DNA of 64,000 bases from Octopus sinensis (taxonomy: Eukaryota): assembly GCF_006345805.1 (NCBI RefSeq), contig NC_043001.1, positions 125,550,001 to 125,614,000 on the forward strand, read 5' to 3'. A program made the translations under genes and the position numbers. How positions within the stretch are numbered: the first letter of the stretch is position 1; the number at the start of each line of letters is the position of its first letter. The notes beneath the pieces were generated by a model. The model was given only the letters and a program-made list of their open reading frames with translations, had not been told where the DNA came from and did not search any database. This document shows positions 36,945 to 49,800 of this stretch, one piece after another.

Positions 36945-37345
36945 GATCCCTGAGCTGGTGGCATGTAAACAGCACCATCTGAAGGTGGCCGATGCCAGCG
37001 TCACCTCAACTGGCTCCCGTGCCGGTGGCACGTAAAAAGCTCCATCCGAATCGTGGCCGATGCCAGTGCCACCTTTACTGGCTTCCGTGCCGGTGGCACG
37101 TAAAATGCACCAATCCGATCATGGCCGTTGCCAGCCTCGCCTGGCACCTGTGCAGGTGGCACGTAAAAAGCACCCACTACACTCACGGAGTGGTTGGCGT
37201 TAGGAAGGGCATCCAGCTGTAGAAACACTGCCAGATCAGACTGGAGCCTGGTGCAGCCTTCTGGCTTCCCAGATCTCCGGTCGAACCATCCAACCCATGC
37301 TAGCATGGAGAACAGACGTTAAACGATGATGATGATGATGATGAT
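36945..37345 (+). mobile_element. Family C repeat
   Basis: About four internal tandem units, the core and a (GAT)n tail; inverted relative to 36265-36620. Confidence 0.82.
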
Positions 37346-37716
37346 TTCTAATTCTTTGTGTTCTGAGTTCAAAATTCTGCTAAGGTCAACTTTGCCTTTC
37401 ATCCTTTTGGAGGTTGATAAAGTAAATACCTGTTGAGTATTGGAGTCGATATAATCAACTTAACCCTTTCCCTTCAGTTGCTGGCCTTGTGTCAAAATTT
37501 GAAGCCATCGTCAGCATCATCATAATTATTGTTTCTATTATTGGCAGAGCCATTAGCATGCTGCGCAAAATGCTTAGTGGTATTTCGTCTGCCACTATAT
37601 TCTGAGTTCAAACTCCACCAAGGTCAGCTTTGTTTTTCATTTTTTCGGGGTTGATAAATTAGGTACCAGTTGAGCACTGGGGTTGGTATAATCGACTTAC
37701 CCTCTCCTCTTGAATT

Positions 37717-37756
<40 letters not shown>

Positions 37757-37949
37757 GTTTTTTTCCTTCTTTCTTCAAATTTTCTTCCGTTTCTCGCCGA
37801 GTGCTTTCCATATGCCTAGGGCAGAGAAGGGCATTGTATGCATTCCCAGATTACATGCGCAAATTCACAGATAAAATATGTATTTAAAAATTAATAAATA
37901 AATAATGAATTAATAAATTATTATCATTATTATTATTATTATTATTATT

Positions 37950-38424
37950 GAGTGAGAGAGCAGTTCATGCCATCAAAGTGACACTGGGGTAAAATATACG
38001 AAGCCCAATATACCCATCATGACTACCCGTCTGATAAAGGTACACCAGGCACATGCATCACAACCATATGTGCGCGACATGGTGATCTCATATCAAGATA
38101 AACAGCACATGACCTTGCAGGTGGGGCCCAGTTAGAATTTTCTTCAGGTTGAGTAGCCCATCCCGCTCAAACGGTCCCTGAATAAGGGTTGTTTAAGGAT
38201 GTTGAAAGAACCACCCATGTTTCCAGAGGTGAACTATTCAAACCCCAAAGAATCCCTCTCAGCACATGGCTATGATGCTCCCCCACTACTTCTGCTCGTG
38301 ATCAGAGATGCACATATCGTCAGCCACTAAGGGACATGCTCAACTGGTTAAGGTCAAACAACTGACAAGCAAATCTGTGGTATTGAGCAGAATATTTGCT
38401 GTAGCCTATATTTTATACCAAGAC
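37950..38424 (-). mobile_element. Family F retroposed repeat (longest copy), embedded in (ATT)n
   Basis: Contains the sequences of both 10895-11240 and about 21525-21700; ATT repeats on both flanks. Confidence 0.8.
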
Positions 38425-38425
38425 A

Positions 38426-38456
<31 letters not shown>

Positions 38457-39341
38457 TATTATTATTATCTAAGACAGCAGTCTGCCAGAATTAATAATAT
38501 GTAGGAACAAAATGCTTAACAGCAATTCTCTCAGTGCCTTATGTTCTGAGTTCAAATTCCATCAAGGTTGACTTTGCTTTTCATCCTTTCAGGGTTGATA
38601 AAATAAGTATCAGTTGAGCACTGGGATTCATATGATCAATTAGCCCCTTCCCCCAAAATTTCAGGCCTTATACCTATGGCAAGCTGAAAGAAACGGCAGC
38701 AAGTTGGCAGAATTATTAGCAAACCAAGTGAAATGCTTAGCAGTATTTCATCAGCTGCTATGTTCTGAGTTCAAATTCTGCTGAGGTCAACTTTGCCTTT
38801 CGTCCTTTCAGGGGGGTCAATGAAATAAGTACCAGTTATGCGCTGGAGTCAATGTAATCACCTATTCCAAATCCCAAAATTTCAGGCTTTGTCTCTATAG
38901 TAGAAAGAATTATTTATGTCCTTTTATATTCTAATTGACAACTTTCACTTGCAATGTCTGTATGTTCCTAAAGAGAAAAACTCTTATGTCTGTTTTTGTC
39001 TTTTTGTTTCGTTTTCCTTTTCTGCATGTGTACTCTACAAAGCTTTAAGTGCAGTTAAATGAGGACCCAAAAGACAATTAACAAAGGTGATTACCTGAGA
39101 TGTGGTACATGCAAATCTAAAAACCCAGTTTTCAGGGATGCAGCAATACTAATTAGAGACTATCAAATCTTTCTCTATTATGTTTATAATAGATTTAGCA
39201 GAAGAGGAAAACATTCCTCGTTGTTACCTTGTTTATTATATTCATCAATAGACCTGTTGTTGTAAACAGCCAGGACTATTTCTCTAGTCAGTAAATATAA
39301 CTAACTGCTGATTTTCAACAGTACGCTACTACACATGCACA

Positions 39342-39389
<48 letters not shown>

Positions 39390-39724
39390 ACACTTACGCA
39401 TGACCACACAAACATATAATAGATTTCACATACATACATACAATTCTCGCACACAACCTGGTGGTGTATATATAGTCATCAGACATCTGCACAAATATAT
39501 ATGTACACATGCACACACATACACTCATACACATAGGTACACAGCTACCACTGACGTATATACATTGAGACAAACACTATGATGTGCACAACACACACAC
39601 ACTCACACACATATAAATACATGCACCCATGCATCTATCATAAGCACAACACACAAACACACACCCACACACATATACATACATACCCACACACATGTCC
39701 ATATATGTATACACATCACCATGT

Positions 39725-40132
39725 GCAGGAGTGGCTGTGTGGTAAGTAGCTTGCTAACCAACCACATGATTCCGGGTTCAGTCCCACTGCGTGGCACCTT
39801 GGGCAAGTGTCTTCTGCTATAGCCTCGGGCCGACCAATGCCTTGTGAGTGGATTTGGTAGATGGAAACTGAAAGAAGCCTGTCGTATATATGTATGTATA
39901 TCTATATGTATGTGTGTGTGTGTGTTTGTGTGTCTGTGTTTGTCCCACTAGCATTGCCTGACAACCGATGCTGGTGTGTTTATGTCCCCCGTCACTTAGC
40001 GGTTCGGCGAAAAGGGACCGATGGAATAAGTACTGGGCTTACAAAGAATAAGTCCCGTGGTCGATTTGCTCGACTAAAGGCGGTGCTCCAGCATGGCCGC
40101 AGTCAAATGACTGAAACAAATAAAAGAAAAAG
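39725..40132 (+). mobile_element. SINE family A
   Basis: Full-length copy. Confidence 0.88.
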
Positions 40133-40434
40133 AGAAAAAATGTATATGCATAGGCATACAAACTCATGCACACACAGACAGGTGTCTGCAATTCACATAC
40201 ATAAACTAAAACAAACATCCACCAAACACAAATACACGCCAAGAGACATCCACATGCAGACATTATGCATCCATATAATGCATACCTACCTGTACATCCT
40301 GTGCACTAACACACACACATGGCTACACAATGACAAGCATCATTCACACGTTTTTATGCCCACACAAAGACAAAGCTCTACCATGAACACACAGAGTCAT
40401 ACACTCGCTTGCACACACAAATGTACTTACCTCT

Positions 40435-40850
40435 CTTACTCTTTACTCTTTTACTTGTTTCAGTCATTTGACTGCGGCCATGCTGGAGCACCGCCTTTAA
40501 TCGAGCAACTCGACCCCGGGACTTATTCTTTTTGTAAGCCCAGTACTTATTCTAGCGGTCTCTTTTGCCGAACCGCTAAGTGACGGGGACATAAACACAC
40601 CAGCATCGGTTCTCAAGCGATGCTAGGGGACAAACACAGACACACAAACACACACACGGATATATATATATATATATTATACATATACACGACGGGCTTC
40701 TTTCAGTTTCCATCTACCAAATCCACTCACAAGGCTTTGGTCGGCCCGAGGCTATAGTAGAAGACATTTGCCCAAGGTGCCACGCAGTGGGACTGAACCC
40801 GGAACCATGTGGTTGGTAAACAAGCTACTTACCACACAGCCACTCCTGCA
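40435..40850 (-). mobile_element. SINE family A
   Basis: Full-length copy, inverted relative to 39725-40132. Confidence 0.88.
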
Positions 40851-41201
40851 CCTATTCATGTTCTTTTTTTTTTCTTGTGTGTATTTGCCTATAATAGTTT
40901 AAGTGGAACATTAATGGTATTAAGGTTACCAGTCTCAGAGGGACCCTCTTCCTCCAGACTTAACGTGAAAAAGCAAAAAAACCATCATGCATATGAGCTG
41001 GTACATGAGCCCACACATATACACTGAGATAGACCTCCATCATTGATAACACACACACACATCTAATATAAATGCTCATCATTATTATATGACATGCCCT
41101 TGGGCATAAAAATCTAGTGAAGCCCCACCCCACTCTCTGGTTTAATCCTTTTGTTACTGTATTTATTTTAAGATGCTCTGTGTTTCTTTCAATTATTTTT
41201 A

Positions 41202-41423
41202 CCCTTTCGTTACCAACCCGGCTGAAACCGGCTCTGGCTCTGAGTACAAATGTTTTGTTTTCAAAAGTCCTGAATTAAAATCTTCCACCAAACCTTAGTC
41301 ACAATTTATGTTCCTAACACTAGCTTTAATTATAACGAAGTTATTTTACTAAATTCTTTGTCATATTTAAAATTAATTGAAAGAAACCCAGAGCATCTCA
41401 AAATAAATACAGTAATGAAAGGG
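41202..41423 (+). mobile_element. piggyBac-type MITE family 2
   Basis: CCCTTTCGTTAC ... GTAA(C/T)GAAAGGG termini. Copies at 45098-45257 (truncated, preceded by TTAA) and 61557-61776 (followed by TTAA). Confidence 0.82.
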
Positions 41424-41710
41424 TGTCTGTTTGTCCCCCTAGCATTGCTTGACAACCGATGCTGGTGTGTTTATGTCCCCGTTACTTAGCGGTTCGGCAA
41501 AAGAGACCAATAGAATAAGTACTGGGCTTACAAAAAGAATAAGTCTCGGGGTCGAGTTGCTCGATTAAAGGCGGTGCTCCAGCATGGCCGCAGTCAAATG
41601 ACTGAAACAAGTAAAAGAGTAAACAACACATTACATTTGTTCTTTAGCAGGCTTTCATTTATAACGTGTTTGTATCTGTACTTAATGTGTCTGTGTGTGC
41701 GTGTGTGTGT

Positions 41711-41756
<46 letters not shown>

Positions 41757-42109
41757 CTGATCTTTTTATTTACCAATCTATCTGTTTATTCATTTGTCAA
41801 AATGCTTTGTGACAGCAGAATCATTGTTCTCAACACTCCAAAATAAAACAAAATCAAAACATGGGCCACACACTGCACATCACAAACACACGCACAAAGC
41901 ACTACACACATGTACATATATATATACACAAAAGTATACTTGCTGAATGAAAGAGAAAGAACTTGATACTAAATGTTAGCATTGATTCAAAAGACAGCAA
42001 CACTAGCTGCAGTCGTACTCTTTTGTGTTCCAGAAAGTTCTTTCTTCAATTAATTTTTGACTGAGAAATACCTTCATTATTATAGTGAGTTGAAGAGCAA
42101 AGATGTATT

Positions 42110-42153
42110 ACACACATTCTATAGCCTTTGTTATTGTTGTTGTAAACATATAT

Positions 42154-42225
<72 letters not shown>

Positions 42226-42261
42226 TGGATTCTCTCATCGAAGACGATGAATGAGGATAAA

Positions 42262-42357
<96 letters not shown>

Positions 42358-42398
42358 ATATATGTATGTATGTATATATATATATATATGTATGTATG

Positions 42399-42439
<41 letters not shown>

Positions 42440-42440
42440 T
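42110..42440. repeat. (TA)n/(TATG)n microsatellite field
   Basis: Direct reading. Confidence 0.95.
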
Positions 42441-42586
42441 CATTCACTGGAAATAGAGTAAACTAATTTTGACAGACTGTTAAATATCTTGATAAACATC
42501 TTTTTTTTTTTCTATGTAATTAAACACACATATGTACATTTACATTTGAGTGTACAAATAAGAATACTCAATAGAAACAAGTAGAG

Positions 42587-42624
<38 letters not shown>

Positions 42625-42922
42625 TACTATATTTGCTGAGAATATTCTTCAATATAACTAAACTTGCTCTTTTCCAATCCTCAGACAATGAACAAAAATA
42701 TTCTCATTGTAAGAGTGTCAGCGACCACGAAACTACTACTTGCACAATAAAGGAATGTTCCAATATTCATAGCTTATAATAATACATGCAGTATTCCCAT
42801 ACCATCTTCTTCTCTCTCTCCCTTTCTCTCTCTCTCCCTCTCCTTTTCTCTCTCTCTCTCTCTTTCCTTTTTCTCTCTCTATTTTCAACTAGGGAAGCCA
42901 TGTGTTCCTTTCTTCAACAAGG

Positions 42923-43096
42923 CGCAGGTGTGGCTGTGTGGTAAGTAGCTTGCTTACCAACCACATGGTTCCAGGTTCAGTCCCACTGCATGGCACCTTG
43001 GGCAAGTGTCTTCTACTATAGCCTCGGGCTGACCAAAGCCTTGTAAGTGGATTTGGTAGACGGAAACTGAAAGAAGCCCGTCGTATATATGTATAT

Positions 43097-43137
<41 letters not shown>

Positions 43138-43358
43138 GTGTGTGTGTGTACGTGTATGTGTTTGTCCCCCTAGCATTGTTTGACAACCAATGCTGGTGTG
43201 TTTATGTCCCCGTCATTTAGTGGTTCGGCAAAAGAGACTGATAGAATAAGTACTCGGCTTACAAAGAATAAATCCCGGGGTCGAGTTGCTCGACTAAAGG
43301 CGGTGCTCCAGCATGGCCGCAGTCAACTGACTGAAGCAAGTAAAAGAGTAAAAGAGTA
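42923..43358 (+). mobile_element. SINE family A
   Basis: Full-length copy. Confidence 0.88.
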
Positions 43359-43882
43359 AAGGCATCTGTTCCTGTCATCTATCATACTTTCATGTTCTTC
43401 TACATTACACCCAACTCAACAAAGGAAGAGTCTTGTTTTGTTGTGAGTACTTGGTGACTTCTGGTGCCACAAAAGAAAGCACCCAGTACACTCTGTAAAA
43501 TGGTTGGCATCAGGAAAGGCATCCAGCTGTAGAAACCAAGCCAAAGCAGACATTGGAGCTTGGTGCAGCCCTCTAGCCTCATTGATTCCTGTTAAACCAT
43601 CCAACCCATGCCAGTATGGGAAAAGGGACATTAAAAGATGAGGTTGTGGTGGTGGTGGTGGGGGAGGAGGAGGAGGGAGAGGAAGAGGACTATAATAGTG
43701 TTTGCAAGCCACTAATTTCATTGACAGTAAGCATTTGGTAACATTGTCTATGATTGCATTAAGTGGCTTCCACTGTACTCATTTATTTGTTTAACTTCCA
43801 TTTTTCCAACCAAGTATGGGTTTGATAGAGACTTGCTTTTCATTTCACAGTTAAGACTTATTAAAACCAAAATATTGCAAAA

Positions 43883-43926
<44 letters not shown>

Positions 43927-44089
43927 TTCTCCTTCTCTCTTTCTCTATTTCTCTCTCTCTTTCTCCCTCTCTCTCCCTCTCCCCCCTCTCTCTCTCACAT
44001 ACACACACATACACACATGCACACATTTGCATGGCTGTGGCTTTTGCCATTATACTCAGTCTATATTTTCTGATGACTTACAAACTATA

Positions 44090-44389
44090 TTACGGAGATG
44101 TACTTGCATAGTGAGTGACTTGATCTGAGATCGTGTGCTGGAACAAAAACAATTGCAGCGTGGAAGGTGTTCATAAGCCATTTAAGAAACACACAAAAAC
44201 CATTAGATTCACTTCAAAATTTAAATTTAATTTGTCAAAATATTTTCGGCGTGAAGTTTTGTCAGTGAACAGGTCACGATCTCAAAGCGACAAAAATATT
44301 TTGACAAATTTAATTTAAATGTTGGAGTGAATCTAACGGTTTTTGCATGTTTCTTGAATGGCTTATAAACACCTTCCATGCTGCAATTG
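44090..44389 (-). mobile_element. Inverted-repeat-plus-tail insertion 3
   Basis: 97-bp arms (44150-44246 / 44293-44389, 9 mismatches), 46-nt loop, 60-nt tail on the left, 12-bp direct repeat TTACAAACTATA (44078-44089, 44390-44401). Confidence 0.8.
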
Positions 44390-45269
44390 TTACAAACTAT
44401 AAATTACGTGAAATAGTTTTACATTCACAGTGTTTGTGGTTTAAGAACTATTGACTCTAAATCAAACAAAAACACAAGTATTGCTGTATGATTTAGAAGT
44501 TCTGAGTTTAAACCCACTGTGTGACATCTCAAGCAAGTGTCTTCTAATATTATAGCCTCAAATTGGCTAATATTTTGTGAGTTAAGCTTCATAAACAGAA
44601 ACTGTACAGGACCCTACCAAAGGATATTGACATTTAAGCGTCCAGTTATTCAATCTACTAAATGATCTATTCACTGAATTAGTATGTGAAATGGTTGACA
44701 CATGGACCTTTAGCATTTACATTATTCTGTCAAAAGAAATGCTTATTGTTTTGAATTAATCATGCATTATTTTGTAGCTTTCAGATTCTGATGAAGTAAC
44801 TCTCAATTTTTAGAATGATTTTGTAGGGTTGATCTGAGAGGCTAGATCTGGCCAATTTGAACATAAAACATGTAAAACAATTTGACTGGATATGGCCAGT
44901 TTAAATGCTAAAGGGTTAACATAATTTTCAAGTAGATTCAATACGATACAGTGTGACAAGGCATGATCCTTGAATTATACTGTGTAACATGATTTTTGTC
45001 CTTGGGCAGCAATTGTTATTTCCTATTTTCTTACCCCTGGAAAGTATGAAAAATGGCTAATATTTCCTTCAAACTTTGCTATTGTTACATTTATTAACCC
45101 TTTCGTTACCAACCCGGCTGAAACCGGCTCTGGCTCTGAGTACAAATGTCTTGTTTTCATAAGTTTTGTATTAAAATCTTCCACCAAACCTTAGTCACAG
45201 TTTATGCTCCTAACACTAGCTTAATGATAACTATGTTATTTTACTAAATTCTTTGTCCATTTTTTACTT

Positions 45270-45935
45270 TAGTAAATAATGAACGAAGAATTGATTTGGA
45301 CCACCAATACCTGCAGATAAGATCTGCTCTTTGTGGATCTTAACATGTCTTTTGAGGCCTCCGTTGAATTTGCAAACCTTCTGGCATACACTGCGTTCAA
45401 AGGGTGCACAGACATATAGTCAGAATAGTTGGTGGAGGTTCGTTTTCCATGCATTCGCAGATGAGATTTGAGTCCAGCCAAAGACAGCATGGTCTGTCAC
45501 AGACTGTACACACGAAAAAGTTCATTGTCATTCACCTTCTCGATCGTAACATTCTTCCTTAGATCTCTTTTGTCTCTTACTTGCGTTAACCTGGCCTCTT
45601 CAAATGCTTTTACTCCACTCCACACCTTTGTTCACCATCCAACTCGATCTGAAGCAAGGGTTTCTATATCTTCTAGAACCATTCCAAGTGACTTCATTGT
45701 AGTCCTTATGGTGTCCTTAAACCTATTTTTAGGTTTACATTGATAGCTTTTCCCCTCTGCAAGCTCACCATAAAACAGCTGTTTTGGCATGCGTTCATCT
45801 GCCATTCAAACAATATGGCCACACCATCTTATTTAGTTCCTCAAAATCATAGCTTTAATTGAAGTAATACCTGCAGAGGCAAGGACATCTGTGTTTGGAG
45901 TAAAAGAACTCCATTTAATTTTTAAAGTACCTGTG
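45270..45935 (-). mobile_element. RTE (BovB-like) LINE 3' coding fragment, degenerate
   Basis: Minus strand reads MADERMPKQLFYGELAEG...PKNRFKDTI...LASDRVGW and LSLAGLKSHLRMH, an RTE C-terminus with a zinc-finger remnant. In-frame stops are present. Confidence 0.85.
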
Positions 45936-46394
45936 CAGATGAATAATTTTCAGTGGGTGTAGCTTGCACTGCACTACCCCCATCAATTGGCCCAAGAAGA
46001 TTTTTGCTGGTGTGACATGAAAATTGACAAAACCAGAAACTTCCAGGCCTCAGGTTTTATTTCAGAGATTTCCTTCTCCTAGGTAGATTACCAACCAAGG
46101 TTAAATAGCTTCTACCTGCCCATGAGGTAAGTTATCCCAATGAACCTTTATACAAATATACCTTTTCAAAGAGATATTATAAACCTATTATAATGGGAAA
46201 TACTACGTGTACTTTTTATTTCGTGATGTAATCTTTGGACTAACAATGTTTGCGGCTGAAGAGAGCTTTAAACCATCTTTTATATCAATAATATACCTAT
46301 GCTGATGTAATAACAGATTGTTTATAAAACTTGAAACACGTGTACTGCGATATCATTTGTCTTCTGTTTTTAATTTATGTTTGATATATGTACA

Positions 46395-46732
46395 TATGGC
46401 TCAGTGGTTAGAGCGTCGAGCTTACGATCGTGAGGTTGTGAGCTCGAATCCCGGACCGGGCTGCGTGTTGTGTTCTCGAGCAAGGCACTTTATTTCACGT
46501 TGCTCTAGTTCACTCAGCTGTAGAAATGAGTTGCGACGTCACAGGTGCCAAGCTGTATCGACCTTTGTCTTTCCCTTGGATAACACTGGTGGCATGGAGA
46601 GGGGAGGCTGGTATGCATGGGCGACTGCTAGCCTTCCATAAACAACCTTGCCCGGACTTGTGTCTAGGAGGGTAACTTTCTAGGTGCAATCCCATGGTCA
46701 TTCATGACCGAAGGGGGTCTTTACCCCTTACC

Positions 46733-46735
<3 letters not shown>
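46395..46735 (+). mobile_element. tRNA-derived SINE family E
   Basis: Near-identical to the two minus-strand copies. Confidence 0.88.
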
Positions 46736-46802
<67 letters not shown>

Positions 46803-46803
46803 G

Positions 46804-46838
<35 letters not shown>

Positions 46839-49800
46839 ATATATATTACTTTCTCTCTCACACTTTGTTACATAGCTCTCTCTATCTTTCTGCCTATCTA
46901 CTTTATCTAACACTCGTCATCTCTTACCCTGTTCCTCTTTCACCCTCATGATCTTTCAATCTCAATGTCACTCAATTACTCTCTTTCTCATTCACTCACA
47001 TACTTCTTCTCCTTATTCTCTTATTCTTTTGCTTTTTGTCTTCTCCATCTCCCACCTCCCTATTTGACTTTTTCACTCCCATCTTCGTTATTTCATATTC
47101 TCTCTCTCTCTCTCTTTCTTTCTTTCTTGTAAAGTCTTATAAGTATTGATTTAGCTTCAGCTGGAGGAAATCTATTTTAATTCTGACATTTAAAAGATGT
47201 TTAACTATGAACATGACAAACATGACAATATTAACTGCAAAAATGCCCAAAAATATTTGGTTAGTTGTGAAGCTAAAATAGTTATAACATAAATAGTGTT
47301 AATTTCCTTACAATAATTGAGCTTCACTAATTAAGTTATTACAATTTGTCTGAGATGTTTCTTTTAAGAAAATAATTATTACCTGTAGCTTTCGTCAATA
47401 AATAGAATTTCCTAATTTAGTAAGCATATACATATACAAAATGTTTGCTTAAATATATATATATTCATGTGTGCATGTATGTATATATATATATATATGT
47501 ATACATATATATATATATGTGTGTGTCTATATATATATGTGTGTGCATATATATATATATGTATAGGTGCAGGAGTGGTTGTGTGGCAAGTAGCTTGCTT
47601 ACCAACCACATGGTTCCAGGTTCAGTCCCACTGTGTAGCACCTTTAGCAAGTATCTTCTACTAGTCTCGGGCCAACCAAACCCTTGTGAGTGGATTTGGT
47701 TGACGGAAACTAAAAGAAGCCCATCATATATATATGTGTGTGTGTGTGTTTGCATCCCCATAACTTAGCAGTTCAGCAAAATAGGCCGATAGAATAAGTA
47801 CTAAGCTAATAGACCGATAGAATAAATTCTGGGGTTCATTTGCTTGACTAAAGGCAGTGCTTCAGCATGGCCACAGTCAAATGACTGAAACAAGTAAAGG
47901 AGTAATATACACACACACACACACTCACACATACATATATGTAACATATATGTATTCTTTGTTAATAGGATTGTACATGACAAGATCCTTCAGGTGAAAC
48001 AGCTGTAATGTGATCACTAAGATATATATGTGTGTGCGTGTATATATATATTTATATATATATATATATGCAATCACACAACAGCTGCTTCACCTGAAGA
48101 ATCTCCATGTTTTCAACTTATATATATATATATATTTCTTTACTGCCCACAAGGGGCTAAACATAGAGGGGACAAACAAGAACAAAGGGATTAAGTCGAT
48201 TACATCGATCTCCAGTGCGTAACTGGTACTTTATTTATCAACCCCGAAAGGATGAAAGGCAAAGTCGACCACGGTGGAATTTGAACTCGGAACGTAACGA
48301 CAAACGAAATACCGCTAAGCATTTCACCCAACGCGCTAACGTTTCTGCCAACTCGCCGCCTTATATATATAAGAAACACCCATGGAGGTGAGTATATGGC
48401 TATATGCTTAAGAAGTTTTCTTCCTGACCTCATAGTTTCAAGTGCAGTCCCACTACATGGCACCTTGGTGCAAGTGTCTTCTATTATAGCCCCAGGCCAA
48501 CCAAAGCCTCGAATGTGGATTTGGTAGAATCCAATTAAATGTATACATATATACAATTGAGATTCAAAAATCCAAGTTGCCACATAAAAGGCATTGTTGT
48601 GGGTTTTGGTGCACCAGTAAAAAGCACTAGTGTTGGTGCCACTTATAATAGACATACCTCCTACTTCGTGCATTATTTGACTCTCATCTACTTAACACTC
48701 TAAAATGGTGATGAGAATATTCTTGTGATTCAGGAAAGGATTTGTTTTTTGTTTTTTTTCTCTTTTTGATGGTGGGGGTTCCTTTAACTTTTTTGTGACA
48801 ATATTTTTAATGAAATACTTCACTTGTTAATATTAAAAGTAATCAAAGGTGACAAGCTGGAAGAACCACTACCATGCCAAGCAAAATGCTTAGCGGCATT
48901 TCGCTTGTCTTTATGTTCTGAGTTCAAATTCCAGTGAGGTCAACTTTGCCTTTCATCCTTTCACGTCAATAAAATAAGTACTGGTTGAGCACTGGAGTTG
49001 ATTTAATTGACTTAACCCACTCCTCCGAACATGCTGGCCTTGTGCCAAAATTTGAAACCAAAGCAATCAAGAAATTATTTTATTTTTAAGGATTTTTTTC
49101 TAGACAGTTGAGGTCAGCATTTGATGTTCCTGTTAAAAATCTACTAGTCAATGACTGCAGTAATAACATTAAAGAAAAAAATACAGAAATATAAGGCAGG
49201 AAGGTGAATCTTGAGGTACGCTGTAGTGTTAGTACTGGACCAATGTGGGAAGATAGAGTATAGCTGATGAGAGTTAAACAAATAAGTGTGTGCATGGAGC
49301 TGTGTGGATATGTTGCTAGACCAGGGAGCTCTGAAGAAGAGAGGCCAATGGTGTAACAGATGATAGAGTGTGTACAAAAGATTGAAATTTGTCTGTGAGC
49401 AACTCAGGTACAAATCAGAAGGATGATCTTTTCAAGATGCAGTTTAGGATATCCTTGTGTGCATCAGCTGCACAATCCCAGATGTCTGAACAGTATTCCA
49501 TTTGGAAGGACTTAGTAAACAAACTAATTTTATTCATTATTAAGCTGCTGTTTACAACATAATAAAAATTATGTTGGAAATTTTCAATTTAAATATGAAC
49601 AGTTTAAAACAGACAATTTTTTAAATCAAAGAGCCAGAGGTAGTCTCAGGTGGATTGCTATCAAAAAGATTAAAGCATATAGTATTGAAAACATGACATT
49701 TAATTGTAATTTTAGCTGTTTTCCGTTGTGATTTTCTGACAGAACTGTTTTTATTTTTTCACTCATTCTTTGTAAATAATATCCAGTATTCTTTTATAAT

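Noticed and set aside
36945-37170. Repeat-spacer-like GGTGGCACGTAAAA units
   Set aside because: The 'spacers' are homologous to each other and belong to the RTE 3'UTR tandem array; this is not CRISPR.
5495-47768. Many ORF-track entries with YI/HT/VC/II/NN/VV/ER runs
   Set aside because: They are translations of (TA)n, (CA)n, (ATT)n, (GTA)n and (GA)n microsatellites, with no splice or homology support.
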